A stretch of DNA of 52,240 nucleotides from Candidatus Zhuqueibacterota bacterium (lineage in GTDB: Bacteria; Zhuqueibacterota; Zhuqueibacteria; Oceanimicrobiales; Oceanimicrobiaceae), in NCBI GenBank assembly GCA_022562085.1, contig JADFPY010000001.1, positions 1 through 52,240 on the forward strand, read 5' to 3'. The notes beneath the pieces are model-generated. The model saw nothing but the letters and a program-made list of their open reading frames with translations. It was not told where the DNA came from and made no database searches. Positions 46,385-52,240 of the stretch are shown here, piece by piece. Position numbers and translations under genes: made by a program. The stretch's first letter is position 1; each line of letters begins with the position of its first letter.

Positions 46385-47366
46385 CGATGTGAGTTCAATG
46401 ATCCGCGGGATAGGTGCGGCCGTTCCGGAGAGAATTCTCACCAATGCCGATTTGGCAAAAATAGTGGATACCAGTGACCAGTGGATTCAGGAGCGCACGG
46501 GAATGAAAGTCCGGCATATAGTCGACGATAAGGTTCAGAATTCTGACCTATCTGCGCAAGCTGCAAAGAAAGCTTTGGACGATGCACAAATGACCGCCGA
46601 AGAAATCGATACAATTATCGTCGCGACAGTGACCGGCGATGTCACATTCCCTGCCACTGCTTGCTATGTCCAGGAAAAAATTGGCGCCGTAAATGCCGCC
46701 GCTTTTGATATTTCGGCCGCGTGTTCAGGTTTCCTTTTCGGACTCAGTATAGCCGACGGATTTATCGCATCCGGAAAAAGCAAGAATGTCCTAATCATTG
46801 GCTGCGAAGTTCTCTCCAGAATATTAGATTGGAAAGACCGGACAACCTGTATTTTATTTGGCGATGCTGCAGGTGCTGCCGTGGTGGGCCCGGCAAATGG
46901 CGACGGCCGTGGTGTTTTAGGAACATTCATCAAAACCGATGGCAGACTCGCTCAATTGTTGTGGATGCCCGGCGGCGGTACCCGTTTCCCTGCGGAAGTA
47001 GCTTTAAGTGAGAACTTAAATAATATCAAAATGAAGGGACAGGAAGTATTCAAAGCAGCGGTTACCGCAATGGGTGACGCAGCAGTCCATATATTGAAAA
47101 AAACCGGGCTAACGCCGGATGAGATCGATCTGTTGATCCCTCATCAGGCCAATATCAGAATCATTAATGCGACTGCACGCCGGTTAAAAATGCCGATAGA
47201 AAAAGTTTTTATAAACGTACAAGACTACGGCAATACTTCCTCAGCCTCTATTCCGTTGGCACTCGCCGAAGCGCGGCAAAAAGGAATTTTAAAAGAGGGC
47301 GACGTTTGTCTGATGGTGACCTTTGGTGGCGGTTTTACCTGGGGTTCGGCCGCGGTTCGTTTTTAA
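46374..47366 (+). CDS. fabH: 3-oxoacyl-ACP synthase III
   Basis: TSDQWIQERTGMKVRH, active-site AACSGF, HQANIRI, and GNTSSASIP (Cys-His-Asn triad contexts). Confidence 0.95.
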   Translation: MQNNDVSSMIRGIGAAVPERILTNADLAKIVDTSDQWIQERTGMKVRHIVDDKVQNSDLSAQAAKKALDDAQMTAEEIDTIIVATVTGDVTFPATACYVQEKIGAVNAAAFDISAACSGFLFGLSIADGFIASGKSKNVLIIGCEVLSRILDWKDRTTCILFGDAAGAAVVGPANGDGRGVLGTFIKTDGRLAQLLWMPGGGTRFPAEVALSENLNNIKMKGQEVFKAAVTAMGDAAVHILKKTGLTPDEIDLLIPHQANIRIINATARRLKMPIEKVFINVQDYGNTSSASIPLALAEARQKGILKEGDVCLMVTFGGGFTWGSAAVRF

Positions 47367-47402
47367 GTCAATTTACGATTTTGAATTTGGAGGAAGTTGT
47401 AA

Positions 47403-48320
47403 ATCGGCAAATTAGCATTTGTTTTTCCGGGTCAAGGTTCACAGTTTGTTGGGATGGCAAAAGACCTTTATGACCACTTTGAAGATGTTAAACAAACCTA
47501 TGAGAACGCCAATCAAATTCTGGGTTTTGATTTAGCCGATATTTGTTTTAAGGGACCCGAGGAAAAACTAAGGCAAACCCGTGTCACTCAGCCGGCGATT
47601 TTTGTACACAGCACTGTTTTAGTAAAGCTTTTGTTTGAAAAGAATAGTAAGCCGGAAATGGCCGCGGGACATAGTCTTGGCGAGTATTCCGCTCTTTACG
47701 CTGCGGAAGCTTTGACCTTCGAAGATGGATTAAGACTGGTAAAAGTTCGAGCAGAGCTCATGCAAAAGGCCAGTGAACTCAACGAAGGGACTATGGCGGC
47801 GTTTATTGGCCTGCAAGAGGATGTCGTCGCGGAGGTCTGTGAAACCGCAAGTTCTGTGGGAGTGGTTCAGGTAGCGAACTTTAATTCACCTGGGCAAGTT
47901 GTGATTTCCGGCTCCGTTGCCGGTGTCAATCGCGCTATCGAAATCGCTAAAGAAAAAGGGGCAAAGCGGGCAATCCCGCTTGTGGTTGGAGGTGCCTTTC
48001 ATTCACCTTTGATGGAGTATGCTTCAGAAGGGCTGCAGAAAGCGCTCGCGGAAGTTGAGATTAGGCCGGCAAGTATGCCTGTTTATTCAAATGTCCACGC
48101 AAAACCAGTCACTCAACCTGACGAAATCAAGCAGCTTTTAGCGGAACAGCTAACTAGTCCGGTGCGCTGGGTGGAAATTGTTGAGAGCATGATTCAAGAT
48201 GGCGCTACTGAGTTTCATGAAGTTGGTCCCGGTTCAGTTTTAAGAGGCCTTTTAAGACGGATTAACAGAGAAGTCACCGGAAAATCCATAGATAAATTAG
48301 AAAATCTTCAAAGTTATTAA
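47403..48320 (+). CDS. fabD: Malonyl-CoA:ACP transacylase; probable non-canonical ATC start
   Basis: The conserved N-terminal block (I)GKLAFVFPGQGSQFVGM lies upstream of the first ATG (47454) and is bounded by an in-frame TAA at 47400-47402. SD GGAGGA (47389-47394) lies 8 nt before the ATC at 47403. Active site GHSLGEYSA. Confidence 0.85.
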   Translation: MGKLAFVFPGQGSQFVGMAKDLYDHFEDVKQTYENANQILGFDLADICFKGPEEKLRQTRVTQPAIFVHSTVLVKLLFEKNSKPEMAAGHSLGEYSALYAAEALTFEDGLRLVKVRAELMQKASELNEGTMAAFIGLQEDVVAEVCETASSVGVVQVANFNSPGQVVISGSVAGVNRAIEIAKEKGAKRAIPLVVGGAFHSPLMEYASEGLQKALAEVEIRPASMPVYSNVHAKPVTQPDEIKQLLAEQLTSPVRWVEIVESMIQDGATEFHEVGPGSVLRGLLRRINREVTGKSIDKLENLQSY

Positions 48321-48421
48321 ATCCTGGAATAGTCTTCACAGGCTTCTTGAGCCAATTAATCAGTCATATCTTGCGTGTTAATTGAAATGCTGGGATATTT
48401 TGACAAAAACGGAGACGATTT

Positions 48422-49162
48422 ATGAAGTTAAAAGATAAAGTAGCAATTGTTACTGGTTCTGCACGCGGGATCGGCAGAGCAATTGCTCTGGAATTGGTGA
48501 GAAATGGTGCAAAATTGGTGATTTGTGATCTCAACATGGATGATATTCAAATAGTTGTTGATCAATTCACTGAAATGGGCGGCGAGGCTAAAGGATTTGT
48601 CTCGAATGTGACACAGGCCGAAGACGCTCAACAACTGATTGACAAAACCATTGAGGCATTCGGTAAAGTTGATATTTTAGTAAACAATGCTGGAATTACA
48701 CGAGATAATTTGTTGATGCGGATGAAAGAAGATGAATGGGATGCTGTTATTGCCGTTAATTTAAAAGGGACGTATAACTGTATTCGAGCCATTGCCAAAC
48801 CATTCATAAAGCAGCGGTCTGGAAAAATAATTAATCTTGCATCTGTAGTTGGTCAAATAGGAAATGCCGGCCAAGTAAATTATTCAGCTTCAAAAGCCGG
48901 AGTAATTGGCCTGACCAAAAGTGTAGCTAAAGAATTAGCAGCACGCAATGTTCGGGTGAATGCAATTGCACCCGGATTTATACAAACAGATATGACCGCC
49001 AAGTTGACAGAAAAAGCAAAAGAAGAATTAACCAATGCCATTCCTCTGGGTAAGCTTGGCCAGCCTGAAGATGTAGCTAAGGTTGTTTTATTCTTGGCTT
49101 CTGATGATGCGGCTTACATTACTGGGCAAGTTATTAATGTTGACGGTGGTATGGTGATGTAG
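48422..49162 (+). CDS. fabG: 3-oxoacyl-ACP reductase
   Basis: VTGSARGIGRAIA, NNAGIT, YSASKAG, and the C-terminus GQVINVDGGMVM. Confidence 0.95.
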   Translation: MKLKDKVAIVTGSARGIGRAIALELVRNGAKLVICDLNMDDIQIVVDQFTEMGGEAKGFVSNVTQAEDAQQLIDKTIEAFGKVDILVNNAGITRDNLLMRMKEDEWDAVIAVNLKGTYNCIRAIAKPFIKQRSGKIINLASVVGQIGNAGQVNYSASKAGVIGLTKSVAKELAARNVRVNAIAPGFIQTDMTAKLTEKAKEELTNAIPLGKLGQPEDVAKVVLFLASDDAAYITGQVINVDGGMVM

Positions 49163-49297
49163 CATCTCTACCATGTCATTTCGACCGAAGGGAGAAATCT
49201 TGTTACGATTATGAATCGCAAGGTTACTTAGGCCTCCCTAAAATTGCAAAATAAATAGTTATAGAAAAATTTTAATCAAATAAAGGAGGAGAGTTTA

Positions 49298-49540
49298 ATG
49301 GCACTAAAAGACAAAGTTAACGAAATAATTGTAGATCAACTGGGTGTTGACGCAGGCGAAGTAAAGGACGGAGCTTCATTTATCGATGATCTCGGAGCTG
49401 ACTCATTGGACACAGTGGAACTTGTAATGGCATTTGAGGAGGAGTTTGACATTGAAATTCCGGATGAAGACGCAGAAAAGTTAAACACCGTTGGTGATGC
49501 AGTCAAGTACTTAGATGCAAAATTGGCGAGCAAAGAATAA
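49298..49540 (+). CDS. acpP: Acyl carrier protein
   Basis: [27 protein letters not shown] with the phosphopantetheine Ser in DSLD. Confidence 0.97.
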   Translation: MALKDKVNEIIVDQLGVDAGEVKDGASFIDDLGADSLDTVELVMAFEEEFDIEIPDEDAEKLNTVGDAVKYLDAKLASKE

Positions 49541-49581
49541 AGCACATTTTTCATAAAATTTCCAAAATTATTTAAATTTAG

Positions 49582-50847
49582 ATGTCTTCCATGGCCAAAA
49601 CCATAGAACTAAAAAGAGTCGTAGTCACCGGTATGGGCGTCGTTTCTCCATTAGGTCACGAGGTGCATGAATTTTGGCAAAATTTGCTGGCCGGTAAAAA
49701 CGGTATCGACACGATAACCGGTTTTGATACTGCCGATTTTACTACCAAATTCGCTGGCGAAATTAAAGACTTTTCGCCGGAGGAATTCATCGACCGCAAA
49801 GAAAGCCGGAGAATGGACCGATTTACGCAGTTTGCCGTTGTTGCTGCTGGAAAAGCTGTAAAACATTCCGGCATCGATTTTGATAACGAAGACAAAGATC
49901 GAATCGGCGTTATTGTCAGCTCGGGGATTGGCGGGATGCAAACCTTCGAGCAACAATCGCGCACGCTCATTGAGCGCGGCCCCCGGCGAATCAGTCCGTT
50001 TTTTATTCCAATGATGATTACCGACATTGCACCCGGCCAAATATCCATACGATATGGTTTAAGAGGACCCAATTTCTCTACGGTCTCGGCTTGCGCCTCC
50101 AGCTCACACGCTATTGGCGAGGCCTTCAGAACTATCCAGCGAGGCGATGCCGATGTAATGTTGTGTGGCGGCTCTGAAGCAACAGTTTCACCCATGGGAA
50201 TTGGTGGCTTTAACGCAATGAAGGCTTTGTCTACTCGAAATGACGAGCCTCAAAAAGCCAGCCGGCCCTTTGACAAACACAGGGACGGCTTTGTCATGGG
50301 AGAGGGTGGAGGTATTATTATTCTGGAAAGCCTTGAGCATGCTCTAGACCGAGGCGCTGAAATTTGGGGCGAAGTGGCGGGCGTTGGTTATACGGCAGAT
50401 GCCCACCACATTACGGCCCCGGCACCCGGTGGGGAAGGTGCAAGGGTTGCCATGCAAAAGGCCCTGCGTGATGGTGATTTGGCACCAGAAGACATTGACT
50501 ATGTGAACACTCATGGTACCTCGACCCCGCATGGTGATATTGCCGAAACCAATGCAATTAAAGCAGTTTTCGGTGATCACGCTTACAAAATGAATATTAA
50601 CTCTACAAAATCTATGATTGGTCATTTACTCGGTGCATCCGGTAGTGTGGAATTTATCGTGACCACCATGTCTATTAAACAAGATACGGTTCACCCAACG
50701 ATCAATCAGGAAGAGCCGGATCCGGAATGTGATTTAGATTACACAGCAAATGAATACAGAAAAAGATCGGTTCGGGCTGCTGTTTCAAATTCCTTTGGAT
50801 TCGGCGGCCACAACGTTTCAATTGTGGTGAAAAAATATCAAAATTAA
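49582..50847 (+). CDS. fabF: 3-oxoacyl-ACP synthase II
   Basis: RVVVTGMGVVSPLG, active-site SACASS, HGTSTP, GHLLGASG, and NSFGFGGHN. Confidence 0.96.
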   Translation: MSSMAKTIELKRVVVTGMGVVSPLGHEVHEFWQNLLAGKNGIDTITGFDTADFTTKFAGEIKDFSPEEFIDRKESRRMDRFTQFAVVAAGKAVKHSGIDFDNEDKDRIGVIVSSGIGGMQTFEQQSRTLIERGPRRISPFFIPMMITDIAPGQISIRYGLRGPNFSTVSACASSSHAIGEAFRTIQRGDADVMLCGGSEATVSPMGIGGFNAMKALSTRNDEPQKASRPFDKHRDGFVMGEGGGIIILESLEHALDRGAEIWGEVAGVGYTADAHHITAPAPGGEGARVAMQKALRDGDLAPEDIDYVNTHGTSTPHGDIAETNAIKAVFGDHAYKMNINSTKSMIGHLLGASGSVEFIVTTMSIKQDTVHPTINQEEPDPECDLDYTANEYRKRSVRAAVSNSFGFGGHNVSIVVKKYQN

Positions 50848-51043
50848 ATCGGATAGTCGAAAAGTTAAGTCAAACAAATTAATTTGGACGGAGTTTACCC
50901 GATCGGTGCCGAAAAGTTCAGGATGAAGATAAGCATTCTTCATGGTGAACCCTTTGGTAAGGTCGGATGAACTTAGTCGACCCCTGACTTTAAATTACAC
51001 CTTTTCGGCCGCTAAGCAACCCCAAATTTTGTTACATCTTAGT

Positions 51044-51790
51044 ATGCTCAACTGGCTAAAGCTTCGTTTTAAGAAAACTCCTTCCAATTCAAAACCGCAA
51101 ATAGATTTTACGGCACTCAAAGAAACGATTGGCTATGACTTTGTTAATGAAGAGTTCTTTGTCCAGGCGCTCAAACATCGTTCCTATTTACCAGTAGCTC
51201 AGGAAAATCGAATCGACTCAAACGAGCGGCTTGAACTCCTCGGTGATGCCGTCTTGGGATTGGTCGTTGTCGAGCATTTGTACCGGCGTTTTCCGGACAA
51301 AGACGAAGGTGAGCTGACGAACATGAAATCTCTCATCGTCAGCAGGAGAATTTTGGCCAAAATTGCCCAGGCATTGAAGCTGGGAGATTTCCTTTTGTTA
51401 AGCGAGGCAGAAGACAAATCAGGCGGCCGAGAACGAGCCTCGATCAATTCCGATGCTATGGAAGCAATCATGGGAGCAATTTATATCGATGGCGGTTTGG
51501 AGCCTGCGCGCGAATTCATTGAGCAGAAGGTTCTTTGTAACTTCGATGAACTTATTTCCGAAGAGCTGCACAAGAACTTTAAGAGCATGCTTTTGGAGTA
51601 TGCACAGAGTCAGAGTCTGGGTTCTCCGTTCTACTCAGTTCACTCAGTGAACGGCCCGGATCATGAAAAAGAATTTACCATCGAAGTGAAAATCCAGGAT
51701 GATGTTCTAGGAACAGGAACCGCCAACAGCAAGAAGCGAGCTGAACAGTTGGCAGCTCGAGAGGCGTTGAAGAGTTTGTATATAATTTAA
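51044..51790 (+). CDS. rnc: Ribonuclease III
   Basis: ALKHRSY, the signature ERLELLGDAVLG, and a dsRBD C-terminus (GPDHEKEFTIEV...SKKRAEQLAAREAL). The start is uncertain; the listed ORF starts at 50942 and an internal ATG at 51044 gives a more typical length. Confidence 0.9.
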   Translation: MLNWLKLRFKKTPSNSKPQIDFTALKETIGYDFVNEEFFVQALKHRSYLPVAQENRIDSNERLELLGDAVLGLVVVEHLYRRFPDKDEGELTNMKSLIVSRRILAKIAQALKLGDFLLLSEAEDKSGGRERASINSDAMEAIMGAIYIDGGLEPAREFIEQKVLCNFDELISEELHKNFKSMLLEYAQSQSLGSPFYSVHSVNGPDHEKEFTIEVKIQDDVLGTGTANSKKRAEQLAAREALKSLYII

Positions 51791-51808
51791 TATCCTTTTG
51801 TTAAAAAA

Positions 51809-52240
51809 TCATTTCTTTGCATAAACGAGTTTTCCCCCTACAATCGTGTAGAGCACCTCAACATTGCGGATATTGTTCGCCCGGATTGTAAGAAGATCCT
51901 CGGAGAGCACGATCATATCCGCCAGTTTTCCAGGCACAATCGAGCCTTTTATATGATCTTCAAAGGAAGCATACGCAGATGTAAGGGTGTATGCTTCAAT
52001 TGCCTCCTCAACGGTTATTTTTTGTTCGGGGAACCAGCCGTCGGGATTAGCGCCGTCGGTGGTTCGCCGGGTAACAGCAGCATCGATGCCGAGAATCGGA
52101 TTCAGCGGGGCAACCGTCCAGTCGGAGCCGAAGCACATCTTGACGCCGCTGTCCAGAAATGTGCGAAATGGGTACGTGGTTTTACACCGCTCATGGCCGA
52201 TGCGTTTTTCCGCCCAGCGGCCATCATCGATCGCGTGATA
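51809..52240 (-). CDS. Amidohydrolase-family metal-dependent hydrolase, C-terminal part (5' end outside window)
   Basis: The minus-strand frame stays open from 52138 to the window edge ([41 protein letters not shown]...). The GSDW and [14 protein letters not shown] motifs are typical of Amidohydro_3-type proteins. Confidence 0.7.
   Translation of the reverse strand, partial: YHAIDDGRWAEKRIGHERCKTTYPFRTFLDSGVKMCFGSDWTVAPLNPILGIDAAVTRRTTDGANPDGWFPEQKITVEEAIEAYTLTSAYASFEDHIKGSIVPGKLADMIVLSEDLLTIRANNIRNVEVLYTIVGGKLVYAKK

Noticed and set aside
49656-50195. 179-aa and 129-aa minus-strand ORFs antisense to fabF. Similar long antisense ORFs occur at 6895-7356, 43206-43553, 42681-42983, 20762-21091 and 8397-8702.
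   Set aside because: They are shadow ORFs inside well-supported conserved genes. They have low-complexity S/P/A-rich translations and no independent signals.
50848-50918. Direct repeat ATCGG-(N3-5)-CGAAAAGTT occurring twice (50848-50866 and 50902-50918) between fabF and rnc.
   Set aside because: It is too short and imperfect to distinguish from chance. No associated hairpin or known motif.
1-52240. Scan for CRISPR arrays, tRNA/rRNA genes, transposases, integrases, prophage or toxin-antitoxin/defence cassettes.
   Set aside because: I found no regularly spaced direct repeats, no tRNA-like T-arm or acceptor patterns in the intergenic regions I read, and no ORF with recombinase, transposase or known defence-domain motifs. 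The absence is based on reading only, not on a search tool.

Overview
52.2-kb chromosomal segment of an AT-leaning diderm bacterium. The envelope genes suggest an FCB-superphylum-like lineage: BamD, TonB-dependent receptors with a CarboxypepD_reg-type N-terminus, and two PorV/PorQ-like barrels. Nearly all genes are on the + strand. I saw no rRNA, tRNA, CRISPR array, transposase or integrase. Most of the window is housekeeping: guaB, rpsT, mutS, yicC-gmk-rpoZ-coaBC, family-4 UDG, dnaB, rel, HU/IHF, ruvX, bamD, nadD, carbamate kinase, sucCD, ndk, and yceD-rpmF-plsX-fabHDG-acpP-fabF-rnc. The 5' end carries a cobalamin riboswitch with terminator, controlling a TonB-dependent receptor and a BtuF-like binding protein. 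The non-housekeeping part is about 5.5-17.6 kb. It starts with a four-gene signalling operon: REC-GGDEF, a TM-HAMP-PAS kinase, a REC-PAS-PAS kinase and an NtrC-type sigma54 activator. A near-consensus sigma54 -24/-12 promoter follows and appears to drive a tightly packed six-gene operon. That operon encodes an orphan ParA/Soj ATPase, a CheY-like receiver, a membrane-anchored SLT lytic transglycosylase, a 570-aa hyper-acidic protein, an archaeal-looking FtsZ paralogue with a long C-terminal extension, and a 189-aa protein. By eye, the last three proteins share four CheA-P1/HPt-like helical modules that all lack the phospho-acceptor histidine. I consider this the candidate undescribed system: a two-component/sigma54-controlled ParA-FtsZ-lytic transglycosylase module with pseudo-HPt docking domains. 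Smaller oddities are a multiply frameshifted plsC-like pseudogene, a 61-aa hyper-acidic Trp-containing protein, fabD with no canonical start codon (probable ATC start), and a 713-bp structured divergent intergenic region. All calls come from reading the translations and sequence; no searches were run.
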